Below are positions 1 to 11,316 of a stretch of DNA of 64,000 nucleotides, piece by piece. The stretch comes from Diplonema japonicum. Lineage: Eukaryota; Protista; Euglenozoa: Diplonemea. The first letter of the stretch is position 1; each line of letters begins with the position of its first letter. The position numbers were made by a program, and so were the translations under genes. The stretch lies in NCBI GenBank assembly GCA_964019335.1, contig OZ025651.1, forward strand, positions 62,001 through 126,000. The letters are read 5' to 3'. Under the pieces are notes generated by a model. It did no database searches, was not told the origin of the DNA, and was given only the letters and a program-made list of their open reading frames with translations.

Positions 1-1020
1 CCTTGCCCGCCACTACTTTTGCCGGCAAAAAAAAAAAAAAAAAAAAGGGAAATCGTAAGAACACGGGCAGTAAAATTGAAACGCGGGCAGAATTAAACAC
101 ACAAAAAAAAACACTTTTTTTTTCTTTCTTTTCTTCGAAATCGTTCTATTTATTTTCTTTTTCTTCAATGGGGGGGGGGGGGAGAAAGCTATTACAGCAT
201 TTGATATAACGTTCCAACGCCAACGAACTAGTTGTTACAACCTTTGTATAATAATAAAAGGCAAATCCTAAAGGCTTTCGAGAGAAATACTAATAGAAAG
301 AGAGAAATGAAGAACTGCACCCACGGCCTTCTTAATCATCACTGAACACTTTTGCATGATTTCCATCCCCTCCCTCCCCTCACAGGACTTGGGTGTTTTC
401 TTTTTCTTTTTTCTCTTTTCTTTTTTTTCTTCTAAATTGCTACGAAAATTTAAAAAAAAAAAAAAAAGTTGGCGGTAAGTAAGTAATTTCTTTTTTTTTT
501 TTTTATTCCACCAATTTGTCATGTGAGTCACTCTACTGCTGCTCCTGAGCAAGACCTAAGCAGAGTTAGTTATGAAAATCTTTATTCTGCATTACGACAT
601 AAAGGTTTTCATTAACTCACTCAGAGTGGGACAAAGATAAACTGTATTGGTTAGAGTCGGGGGAAAAAAAAAAAGAAGAAAAAAAAAAAAAGAGAAAACT
701 GGCCGTTGTTTGTACGTGTTGGGGAAAAATCTGGAGAAACTTATAAAACCCGCAAACACATTGCCAATGTTCCTCTTTTGTTTAGACTGGTCAAAGAAGT
801 CTCGTTCTTACAAAAAAAAAAAGAGAAAACAAAGATAACTACATCATGTTCTTGTTTTCTTTTCTTCTTTTCTCTTTTTTAAGATTTCATTTAAAAAATT
901 AAAGGGAATGTAACAAAAAACTTAGGGGAAAAAAAAAAGAAAGCCTCGATTTAAAAAGAAATAGAATAAAAAAATCCTTCTTTTTTTTCTCTCTCTTCCT
1001 TTTTTATCATTTCTTTTTTA

Positions 1021-1096
1021 TCATTTCTTTTTGCAACTGCATCGCGAATCCCACAACTCTTTCAGCACCTGTGTTTTAAATATTTTGTCGTTCCAG

Positions 1097-1151
<55 letters not shown>

Positions 1152-1226
1152 ACACCTGAACAACATAAGGCATCACAATGTCGCTGTTCTTATGCTTCCA
1201 CGCAAGTTCGATCGCGACATCAGGCT

Positions 1227-1259
<33 letters not shown>

Positions 1260-4200
1260 TTTCCCTTCTTTTTTGGGGCGTTGCAAAACAAACCTCCGCT
1301 ATCTCGTAGCAAGTGTACAAAGTAGCTGCAAAGCACTCATGAAGCCCGTTGTCCATAAATGTGTTCAAGAGCTCGCTCACTGTCTTGGAATCGCCTGACT
1401 CCAAGGCGTACTGAATGGCATCTTGGTAGAGTTTGTCCTCAAGGGCTGTTTCTATGGCAGAGGAGTGCTTGCCCGACTGAGCATGGATCCATGATGCAAC
1501 CCTCCTCAGCTCCATGAGAGGGTGGGTTGACAAAGAGGTGCAGAGATTCTGGCGGTCAAAGTTTGTGTACGAAGACAGCGAGTCGCGCAGAGCCTCGTAG
1601 TCTTCCTCTTCGATGTACACCTCATTGATGGCCTCGTTCACAGTTTTGCTGTTGATCTTCTGCACTGTCTTCAGCCATTCCACGATGAGCCCCACGTTGT
1701 TGTGCCTCTGCACGGCGAGCACCACCCTCTCGGGGTTCACCCTGTTCGAGATTGAAAATAAAAAGTCAGACAGCAGGTCCGGGTGGCACGTCATGTACAG
1801 CGAGATACCTGAGTAGATGTGGTCGATGACCGTCGCCTTCCCGCAGGACTCCTTGAACACTTCATGGGTCCACGAGGTGCTCGGGTGATCCAGCATCACT
1901 GACAGCGCCGAGTCCCATGCCTCGTTGTACGTGTGCAAATACCTCGCCTCGCCCCACAGGTGCTGCACCTCGCACGCACGCAGCATCTCTACTCGGTTCA
2001 TCTTTCCGCAGCACATTTTCAAAAAGTCCATCACCTTCTCCGAGCTATGGCGTGTCAACAGCAGCCCCAGCTGCGTGTACATCCCGATGTGCGTGCGTTC
2101 ATTTGCCAGACCTGTCTTAAGAAGCGACTGCAGCTCTTCCACCTTCCCTGCTGCCTCGAAGTACTGGCACAGCCCGTCCAGCTCTTCGGGTGCAACAATG
2201 ATATGCTGCGCTGCCATCTGCGCCAGACGCAGCTCGCCCACGTTGACGCACTCGAAGCACACTTCCTTCCATGTCCGGATGCTGCCAGCCTTCTGCGCCG
2301 CATCCAACGCCTGCAAGTGATGTGAACACACAAAATAAAACTAAGATACCTCTAAATACTGCTTCAAGTGCAGCAAGGTCGACGCCAGCTTTGGGTGATT
2401 GTGCTCGGCAGTGAATAGTACCCTCGCTGCTTCATAGAGGCCCTGCGGGTGGCTGTCAGCAAAGGGTGGCATACCTGTTTGTAGCATCTGTCGCCTGCCT
2501 TTGTTAGATTGGCGAGGTTCGAGTCTGCAAGGAACTGTGACAGCTTTGTGAGGTTGCCGCACTTTGCCAGCGAGTAGGCGAGCTCCGTGTCAGCAAACGA
2601 CAAGAACGAGATGTTCCCGTCAGTGGCCGCCTTGCGAGACGTCTCTAAGAAGGTCACCAGTGCCTCGTAGTGGGTTATCTCATCGGACTTCGCAACCGCA
2701 TCGACTGCCTCACGCACTTGCGTAGCGTCCTCTGCCTTCGTAAGCGAGATGAGTGCTTCCTTGATGGTGTTGTGATCCTTCAATAGCGCCTTCCCTAACA
2801 ACCCCCAGCACTCTTTGCTGTTAGTTCTCTCAGCGAGCTTCTTAGCACGCTCGATATCCTTAACGGTTTCCAGCAGAACATGCATAGCCTTGGCCTCCCC
2901 ACCAGGGCGTTTGTAGATCTCGAGTGCTTCCTCGTTGAGGCCCTTCTTGAGGGCGATGGCGGCCATCTCGTCAATGTCGTACTTGTCCATCCTCTGGATG
3001 TACGCCATGGCCTTCGAGGGCTCAGTCTGGATGACAGTGAGGAGGAGCAGGTTCTGGAGGTACCGGTTTTGGCTGAACGGCGAGTTCTCATCACCAAGAA
3101 TCAGCTTTTCAAGAATAGCAGTGAGCTGCCCCGGCATTCCTGCCTGCGTGAATGCCTTCACTGCAACAGAGATCTCTGTAGGATCCGCGACACGGGGTAT
3201 AGCGTAGGTGATGAGGGAGTCAACGATCTCCTTCTTGTCCTCTCTGCTCAGGACGGTGTTCCATAATGGCAGGTCCTGACGCTTCAGGAGGTACCCTGCG
3301 AGCTCGTTGTACATCTTGTTATCTGCTGCAAGGCGGAGGACCTCTTCGTCGTTTGCGCCTGTCTCGTAAGCAACGAGGGCAAGCTCTGGAGACTTGCTCT
3401 CGGCGTAGGCACCGACCTCCTTGCTGTTGTAGTCCCCTTTGTGGTCCTCGAGGAACTCTTTCGCGTTCTGCCTCGCGTTATCAATGTACTGCTTCGCCAG
3501 CGTCGTCACAAGCACCTCGTCCTTGGAGCCTTTTTGGATGGTGGCCTCCATCCACGGCAGGATCATCGTGATCTTTCCGCGCTTCTCCACAGCCGAGATG
3601 GTCTCCCCGATAGGGATGTCGTGCACCTTGTTGATCAGGCTGATGATGTAGTCGTCGTCAGCACCCGCGTCAAGCAGGGCACCGATCACGTTCGGTGTGT
3701 TGTCAGGTTGCTTGCTTGTCACGTATAAATCCAAGTATCGCAAGTTTCTCGTCCCCATGAGGTACCCCACCATGCTTTCCCACATCTTATGCTTGTCACA
3801 TACGTTGATGTAGGGCCATGGGTCGCTCAGACGCACCTCGTTTAGCAGCGTCAATACGGTGGTTGGGTCGTAGTGGTCGGAGGTGCGCGTGATGGCCTCG
3901 ATCTCGGTGGTCTGGCCAGTCTTCAGGGCACACTCGATGTACGTCGTGTGTGTTTTTTCATCATTGGCATCTGGCAAGATCTTTGCCAGTATAGAGAAGA
4001 GAGGTGCGTAGGCTTTGAATTCACAGAACAGTTCAATGATCTCATCCTTAGGGAGCTTCTTCAACTGTGGGATGATGGCGTCCGCGCAGATCGGGGCGTT
4101 CAACCTCGGGGCTCCAGACACCAATGCCCTGATCAGGCTCATCGCATCTTCAGGCTGCAGAATCTTCACGATCTCGGGCAGCCACTGTGGCGCAGTCTGC

Positions 4201-6204
4201 GCGGCGTTCACACCGCATCGCTCCACCGCTTGCATGTTGCTGCCCTCCTTCAAATGCGACTTGCAGTTCAACTTCAGCGCGCGAAGGTACAACCCTGCCT
4301 TCTCGCACAGCGTCGCGATCTTTTTGCAATCAAACTTCGTAAACTTCCCCTGGGTGAACAACGCCTCGACTACTTGTGCAGACGAGTGCAGGAGGTTCAT
4401 CTCGAACAGCTTTGTCTGCAGCTCGGCATCCTGCTCTCTGTCAGAGGTGAGGATTGCGAGAAGGTAACCTATTACATTTTCGGTATTTCTTTGTATGTTC
4501 ACACCAGTTGCTTGCTTGACGCAGCCCCGATCCAAGAACAGTCCAACAACCTGTGCAGGCTCGATGAGAAGCTTCCCTTTTGCTTCCTTGTGGACGAGCT
4601 GTGTGAAATGTACTCCCTTATCCTGCACATACCAAAGCAAACTCCGAAGCCCCATCTGCATTTGTTGCGATTAGCTTCGTCAGGATTTCGGCCACATCAG
4701 GGCTCCAGGAACCGGTAGCGCTGGTGATGTAGCTTAAGGCCTTCGAGAACTGCTGCCGTTGTATTTGCAGCTGAACCGCCTTGGTGTGGCATTTGGCCTC
4801 GGCATAGAAAGACAATGCAAGGTCAGTGTCCAAGGGCTCCACCTTGTCCGCGAGTTCTTCGCTTGCCTCAATTTTCTTCTTTCTGAAGAGTTCCGCAAGC
4901 AATGCAGCGCCCCCTTGCTTCAGTAGCACGATGTTTGCAAGTTCGATACCCTCAACCTTGTTCAGCTTGTCCTCCTCTAGGATCTTGTTCAAGTACACCA
5001 TCAAGGGGCTAGACTGGCCAGGGATCTGAGGGAAACCTTGCAACTGTTTCACAGTGTCTATCGTGCGCAGGCAGTAGTGAGGTGCAGAGAGGGCAAGGTC
5101 GATGGCGCCTGTGATGTCGCCTTTGGAGGTGAGGCTTTGCAAGTGCTGGCGGTACATCTCAACAGCCTCTGGGATGGCGGTCTGCCCTGCCAAGGTCAGA
5201 GCGAAGGAGGGGTTCGAGGACTTGATATTGAAAATCAAACCAGACACGTCAATGTGCGCACGCAGGACCTTCCCCTCGATGGTTACACCGAGGACCCCTC
5301 CCTCCGAGTGCGGGCACGCCACGAAGAAGTATTCTGAAATCTTCTCGCGATGCAGCATGGTCACCGTTTGCACGTCGAAGATGCTGAAGACACCATACCT
5401 TGACAGCACGTAGACCAGGCCGTTGTGCGCATTCACACAAAGAGGGAAGTCCTCTGGACAATCTAAAGGTAAATCCACAACCTTCTTTGGCAGGCTCATC
5501 GTCTGTTTCTTACCAGTCGGCATTTCCACACAGAATAGCCTCCCGGCTCCGTCAGGGCCCATCCCACCCACGAGCATCACATTGCAGTTTTCTTTGTCGA
5601 TTTCAACGTTCGTGAAGCACCCGGCATGACCGTCGATAATCTTAAGGGCCTTTTTCTCAACGGAGTACAGTTGCAGAACACCCTTTAGCTCCTTACCGCC
5701 CTCTTTGGCCATCACGACGCCGAGCATGAGCCACGTGCCTTGTGCGTCAGTTTTGTAGAAGAGAACCTGTGAACCTTTCAGCTCCTTGCTTTTTTCGAAT
5801 TGTTTCTTCGGTGCAGAGGAGCCAGCTGGGTTCCAGTGGTAGACGTGTGTCGCGGTGACTAGTCCGATGAGGTTGGCCGACAGCCACGAGAGATGCATGA
5901 TGGGGGAGCTGAGTTCGCAAGATCCGATCTTTTCTTTCTTTTCGAGGTCAAAGACCTGAACAGACTTCCCGCTGTGGACAGCCATGGCGCTGCCCTCTCC
6001 TTGGCACATCACCGCGCCGTCTGACGACGCAGGCTGCTTCATGCTCGACCCCCGCGCCACGTCCACCACAACTACCATCCCATCGTTCTTATCCCGCACA
6101 CACACATACCTCTCATCTTCAACACGCACAAACTGCCGTTGGAGGCATTCCGTCCTCACATCCGCACCCAGCCCATACAGGGTGTCCGTTTGCAGGGCGG
6201 CCAT
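1021..6204 (-). CDS. CHC: Clathrin heavy chain, divergent, 7 exons, ~1628 aa. Exons 4633-6204, 4505-4598, 2475-4468, 2350-2442, 1294-2310, 1156-1224, 1021-1068
   Basis: Four ORFs carry consecutive clathrin motifs: propeller (RYVCVRD, GVLQLYSVEK, IIDGHA), LRTIDTV, LNKVEGIEL, LCEKAGLYLRAL, LSDPWPYINVCDKH, TWKEVCFECV, HPLMELRRVA and PDVAIELAWKH. Removing six GT-AG introns joins them in frame (4887 nt). Confidence 0.93.
1069..1155 (-). other. Spliceosomal intron, 87 nt, poly(T) after the donor (clathrin)
   Basis: GTGTG-T-run...AAAACACAG. Removal gives PYVVQ|VLKEL and deletes a spurious poly-F stretch. Confidence 0.88.
1225..1293 (-). other. Spliceosomal intron, 69 nt, poly(A) before the acceptor (clathrin)
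   Basis: GTTTGT...A-run-CAG. Removal gives YEIAE|PDVAIELAW and deletes a spurious poly-K stretch. Confidence 0.88.
2311..2349 (-). other. Spliceosomal intron, 39 nt (clathrin)
   Basis: GTATCT...TTGCAG, contains an in-frame stop. Removal gives KQYLE|ALDAAQKA. Confidence 0.9.
2443..2474 (-). other. Spliceosomal intron, 32 nt (clathrin)
   Basis: GTATGC...GCTGAC...CCGCAG. Removal gives GDRCYKQ|GLYEAARVLF and fixes a frameshift. Confidence 0.9.
4469..4504 (-). other. Spliceosomal intron, 36 nt, in-frame (clathrin)
   Basis: GTGTGA...TAATAG, AT-rich. Removal restores the clathrin-like KQATGYLLAIL. Confidence 0.75.
4599..4632 (-). other. Spliceosomal intron, 34 nt (clathrin)
   Basis: GTATGT...CACACAG. 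Removal joins ...EFAL to LVHKE... and explains the frameshift between two ORFs. Confidence 0.88.
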
Positions 6205-6326
6205 TCCTCTCGCCTGTTCGGGAATGCGTGCAGAGGAAGGAAAGACAAAATAGAGACAGAAACAACTACAATACAAAGGTAGAAAAAAAAATCATTTTTC
6301 AAATAACAGGTGAAAAAAAAAAAAAC

Positions 6327-8283
6327 TCATAGTAAAAGACAATCCCACTTGAGGACAGTCTTGTGGTGTGAGTTCCTATCTACCTTCTGGAGCATAGCCT
6401 TCGTTCCTATTGTCGCCTTTAAAACTTTTCGTAGTCTCGACACGCGTTCTTTCTTGTATGTCCCTTTCAACTCCTGTAGCTTTTGCGCTGTCTGTCTTGA
6501 TGCGAAGATCGGTCTCCTGTTAAAGCCTATTGCAGCCTTGCCTCCGATCGCTGTGAGCGACTTGACCCTCTTTGCCCCGTCCGCAGGGAAGGGGCGTCTT
6601 ATCCGTCTCGTTCTGCACACTGCGTTGGCTCTCTCCACCAACAGCTTGATTCTGCGTGCCTTCCTCTGCATGTTGTAGACTCCCAGTGACTTACCGGTTG
6701 TCTCCTCAAAGTCGAGTGCAAGTTCAGCTGCTGAAACCTCCGAGTCGGTGTCGCCCTCCACCCATCGCAGCTTTCCCATCCATTCCAGTAGTGGTTCCCC
6801 GAATTGCTCCAGCAGTCCCACCACTGTCCCCAGCTGTGCTGTCGTCGGTACCGGGGTCACGGGGGCGGACTTTGCCTGTCACTTCCCGCTCCCATGGTAG
6901 CTTTTTGTTGCCGCCTTCTGCCTGCATCAGCCCTTCGTCCCGCTTTTCCATTCCCCCTTGGTAGGATGGCATGCAGCTCGAGGCAGAGCGGCCATCCCGT
7001 CCTGTCGCGCAGTGGTTCCATCCTCCCGCATCAGCTCCTCTCGCATGCTTGGTCGGGCAGAGGTCACATTCAAATCCCGACTCGTCTTGTCCTTCATGGG
7101 CCGCTGGTTCGTCTTGATTCGCTCCGTCCCTCGGACTCGTTGTCCTCATTGGGGGGTACACACTTTGGTCCTTGGCATACGGACTCAGGTAGGGGATCCC
7201 TCCCGCAATTACCCTCTTGATACAGAAAGCTAGATGGCGATCTTTGGCTGTCCTCCAGAGGTCATTCGTTTTGGGATCTGCTCCTTCCCCGAGTCCGCTG
7301 ACCGTCTTCCGTTCCGCTACTAGTGTCGTACTCCTGGCTGCCCTTACAGCCGCCCTGAAGGCGCTTCCTCGTTTGGGCCACTCAAGTTCTGTGGCTATTT
7401 CCATCTTCTCCCAGTCCCATCCGATTCTCGGCATTCACCTGCATATCAGATTCCCCACCGGTCCCAAGGGGGTCCTCTGTGAGCCGTACCCCTGCACTAT
7501 TCGTCGCATTCTCTGTCCAAGACCTGTCCTTTCCAGCGCGCTCGATATCACTTTCAGCGAGTGACAGATGACGTAGGACAACGGGTCATTGATCCTTTCA
7601 GCAAAACCGTATTCACCGCTGCAGGCGATCGTCCTCGGAAGTGAGGCCCCCATAGGTTTCAGGTCACTCTCGTTGTTAGCTTCTTCAGCGCCTCATCACT
7701 CGGAGGGGAGAACGGGCTGCTGTAGAGGCACGACGGCAAGACCGATGTTCCAGTCAGGTACCCTTTCGTTTCGAAGGACAGGCTTGTCTCCCAGCCGGTC
7801 TAGCTTGTTGGCCGCTTCCGTCGCTGGCTTGTTCCACGTCGTTCCTGTCCTGTTCGTGAACACCATCACGCCCAGTGCCTTGAACGACGTCACTGTTCTA
7901 TAGGGGACTGCGACCTCTCTCCCTTTCTGTGTTACTGTCCTACAACTCTGCCAGAAGGTACGTGTCATCTGCATAGGACAGAACCTCCGTTCCAGGTGCT
8001 TCCTTCTCGATTGTCCTGATCATCACAGCCAGTAAGGCGTTTATTATGATCACCGACAGCGGGCACCCCTGGAGTATCCCATTCGTTGCTTCAAAGGTGG
8101 CCCCTATTCCTATGGGGAACTTGAATCTCCTCGAGATCTGCCCGTACATTCCTTGGAGTGCTCGTGCGATTGCTGGGTCTAGTCCCAGGGCCAGCATCAG
8201 TTCGTGCGACAATTGTTGCGGGACCAGGTCAAAGCACTTCCTGAAGTCCAATGCAAGTCCTTCTAGCGGCTCGTCCTCCACCA
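6327..8283 (-). mobile_element. 5'-truncated, decayed non-LTR retrotransposon (RT core to C-terminal region)
   Basis: RT motifs LDFRKCFDLV, GILQGCPLS, YADD and FKALGV, plus C-terminal ELALDFEETTG. These are spread over several frames with stops, and there is an apparent deletion after YADD. Confidence 0.88.
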
Positions 8284-8314
8284 AAAAAAAAGAAAGAACA
8301 AAACACGCATGCTT

Positions 8315-9214
8315 TCACACCCTGGTGGTCCCGTCTGGGCCCAGCAAAGACAGGTATTCACTGTACATTTTATTCCGTTTCCCCTCGGCGTTCGTGTGGG
8401 TGAGCCTGGCCATGGTGGCCTCTCTTCGGGAGCTTTCGTACTCGCGAAGGGTTTGGACGCGTTCGCGTGCCCAGGCTGCGGCAGTGTGGACGGAGTTGAG
8501 TTCCTCTTGCTGGACGGCGGGGACGGAGGCAAGCCAGGAGTTGCTGTCAGGGTTGGGCTTGGTGACCCGCGACCTATCTTTCTGCTTAAAGAATATGGCG
8601 TCAACAACGTTGGTGTTTGTGAGAGAGAACTGAACCCATTCGTCATAGGTAATCATCCCATCGTTGTTAGCATCAGCTGAGGTGAAGACCTCTGAGGTGG
8701 AGGTTATCGTGAAGTCTATTTCGCTGGCGGCAACCAGTGAGCGGAGATCTGAGTACTGGACGCAGCCCTTCCCCTTGGTGTCCATGGCGTAGAACACAGA
8801 TCGAAGCTTCTCTGTAAGGGAAGGGGGTGGGCCGGAGTCGCCGGCTTCACGGCTTTTCCTGCGCAGCTCCGTCGACACCCATGTGAGGCATTCTGCGGCC
8901 TGTGGGATCACGCCCTTGGCATCGGTGTGCCATATGCTATCAGGTTGGAAACAAAACACCTGGCACCCGTCCACCAGCTGCGTGGTGCTGCTCACGTCAA
9001 CCCATTTCTTCATTCCTGTGTCGTGCAGCTGCAACGCTTGGGCTTTGAAGGGAACGTCTGCGTACCCAGGCGGCCTGTTGGCACGTGCCTTGACGTCGAA
9101 ACAACTTTCAACAGCGTTCAACAGCTCCACCATCTCCGGGCACAGAGGGAAGCTCATCTTTGAGTTATACTTCTTTCCATAAAGGTCCGCTGCAACGTTA
9201 ATCGTGAAGGGCAT
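8315..9214 (-). CDS. BILBO1-family protein: BILBO1 N-terminal ubiquitin-like domain plus two EF-hands (299 aa)
   Basis: MPFTINVAADLYGKK...RPP...KWVD...QLVDGCQVFCFQP..WH follows the trypanosome BILBO1 NTD pattern. EF loops are DTKGKGCVQYSD and DANNDGMITYDE. Confidence 0.85.
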   Translation of the reverse strand: MPFTINVAADLYGKKYNSKMSFPLCPEMVELLNAVESCFDVKARANRPPGYADVPFKAQALQLHDTGMKKWVDVSSTTQLVDGCQVFCFQPDSIWHTDAKGVIPQAAECLTWVSTELRRKSREAGDSGPPPSLTEKLRSVFYAMDTKGKGCVQYSDLRSLVAASEIDFTITSTSEVFTSADANNDGMITYDEWVQFSLTNTNVVDAIFFKQKDRSRVTKPNPDSNSWLASVPAVQQEELNSVHTAAAWARERVQTLREYESSRREATMARLTHTNAEGKRNKMYSEYLSLLGPDGTTRV

Positions 9215-9780
9215 TTTTCTTTTCTTTCCCCCGTTCTTGTTTCTCCCCTCCAACCTTCTCTCTGTTTTCTTTTTGATGTGTCTCTTTTTTCTTTTTTTTT
9301 TTTCCATTTGGGGCAAAGGAAGAAAAAAAAGGGGGGGTAACTTAAAAGCATCTTTTTTCTTCTTTGTTCCCCGATGTCGTAGCTGCTTTGCACTAGCAGA
9401 AGAGGGGGAAAGTGCGTCCCAACTAATTTCGCTTTTTTGTCACGGGTAAACATGGACAGCCAAGAGGGGGGGGGGGGGGGGGGGAAGAAAGATACGGTGA
9501 GGCGTATCCCCACTTTTCTTTTCAGTGGAAAGCGAAAATGGTAGCGCTCCATATTCGCTAAGTGACCCACCAGAAACCGCATTTTGAAGAGCTAAAAAAA
9601 TTTCTAATTGCTTTTTCTAGGGTTGGAATGGATTTATTTGCGTCCGGGGCCCAATGTTCGACATATGGAATTTCTTTTTGTAATAAAAAATCTTTTGGTG
9701 ATTTGCCTTACTTTGTACTATACAAAATGAAGCAGCTCCGGTGGAAAAAACACGGCACAAGTGGGGTTCGAACCCTGATG

Positions 9781-9866
9781 AAAAAACCACTGCGTCGGGA
9801 TTCGAACCCGCGACTCCTGGAACAAGGGGCCTGACAGGTGAGCACAGTAACCACTCTACCACAGGA
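9781..9866 (-). ncRNA. tRNA-derived Pol III-type cassette (Asp-like pseudo-tRNA) inside the TIR element
   Basis: A-box TGGTAGAGTGG, CCTGTCA loop-like segment, B-box GGTTCGAATCC, then T6. No proper acceptor stem. Confidence 0.55.
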
Positions 9867-10089
9867 ATTCAAAAAGCTGACCCCCCATCTTTACTCACGC
9901 ATCCGGCATAGTGGGTGGAGTAGGTTCCCTTCTTTTCACACCAGATATCCCTGCATACACACTCACGACGTGCCTCAGCCCATCAACACTGTGATGAAAT
10001 AAACACAGAATAAGAGAGGAGGTTCCTGTTCTGGAACGTCCTTGTCTACTTATCTCTACTTATCTACCCCTTTCCCAGTTTTCGAAGTC

Positions 10090-11041
10090 TAGTACGAGTT
10101 ATTGTGGTGACTGTCGTCTTCCTCGGTCCGTCGTACTACTTCAGCTTCCTGAGCTATCACTCAGGTGGTGTGCATAGCATTTCCTTCCGTTATCTGTTCC
10201 AGGGGTGCGTCGTGTACGTTTCTAGTACACTGAAGAGTAGGGGTCAAATCTGTTGTTTCTTCAGACGCTTGATCCACCCGAAGTAGAACAGCAGGAAGGG
10301 GAGAAGGAGGAGGAAGGGGGAGGATACTGATGTCTTCTTCTTTACTTTCTGTTGTCGCTACTGTCTTTGCTGCTACTGCTGGTGCTGTTGCTGCTGTTAC
10401 TGTTGTTGCTGCTGCGTTGGGGAGGTTGTCCATGTCCTCTGTTGTGCCTCGGGTGGCCCTCCCCTGCTTCCTCGGTCTTGTGCTTCTTGTACAAGATGAG
10501 GCTGGGGTGCCATCCTTTGTTTTTGCCTGCTTATGGCACTTCCACTCCGTCTGCTCTGAGATCTCACTTCTTGCCCTCTTTTGTGTAGTGGACCCGGTAG
10601 TGGAGCTCCTTGTGGCTGTACTCCGCTATCGCGATCCTGTCCATCTGGAGTCCTCGTTGTCTGAGGCTCTCTGCTGGCTGGAAGGGCTTGCTTTGGTCTT
10701 TCCCTTCGAGTTGCCCGTGTGCTCTCAGGAGTAGGAAGTATTCTCCGGTCGTCGTCACTGCTTGTTTCATAGTCTCCGTTCCGTCGTCAGGCTGGTCATC
10801 AAACCAGGGCACGCGGGTCAAGGATCTTCCAACGCAAACGTGACCGGTGATCGGTGTAATTCCCACATAAGTACCTTCCAAGCAGAAATAACTTCTGCCC
10901 CAAAGGCAACGTCACTTTCAAATGACTATGCCATTTGGACTGTACGTTGCCCTGTGGTGGACGGCGTAGACGCGCATCTGTCTCTTCAACTATAAACTCC
11001 CCTATGGAACCCTCTTTGACCTTCTCGTCATCTCCACCCAT
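10090..11041 (-). pseudogene. Disrupted coding-like cargo of the TIR element, product unknown
   Basis: Coding-like composition from the ATG at 11041 across three consecutive ORF fragments with stops and frameshifts. No DDE motif recognised. Confidence 0.45.
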
Positions 11042-11236
11042 TTGTATTTGGTGACTACGGCCGAAGTGCAGAGGACAGGACTGTTATGCTTACTGACTAA
11101 CAACTAACAATCTTACAATGTTAAGAGCTGTCCTTCCCTCAAAACTGCACTTTTCTCAACTAGACTCCTACAAGCTTACGAAAAGCTTTCGCGGAAATAC
11201 CGGTTCAGGCTGCCGTTTCTCCCCTGTGGTGAGCCT

Positions 11237-11316
11237 AAAAAAAATCCGCTGGAGTGGGGTTTGAACCCGCTTTGCCTAGGTACAGGGCAAAGCCCTCCCA
11301 ACTAGACTACTACACC
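11237..11316 (-). ncRNA. Second tRNA-derived Pol III-type cassette inside the TIR element
   Basis: A-box TAGTCTAGTTGG, 8-bp hairpin GCTTTGCC/GGCAAAGC around CTGTACCTA, B-box GGTTCAAACC, then T8. Confidence 0.5.

Noticed and set aside
2311-4661. Programmed frameshifting, stop-codon reassignment or a pseudogene in clathrin (and VPS8)
   Set aside because: Every break is explained by a short GT-AG intron that restores the frame.
9781-11316. Functional tRNA-Asp / tRNA-Tyr genes
   Set aside because: A and B boxes are present, but the acceptor and anticodon stems do not form a valid cloverleaf. Reported as tRNA-derived cassettes instead.
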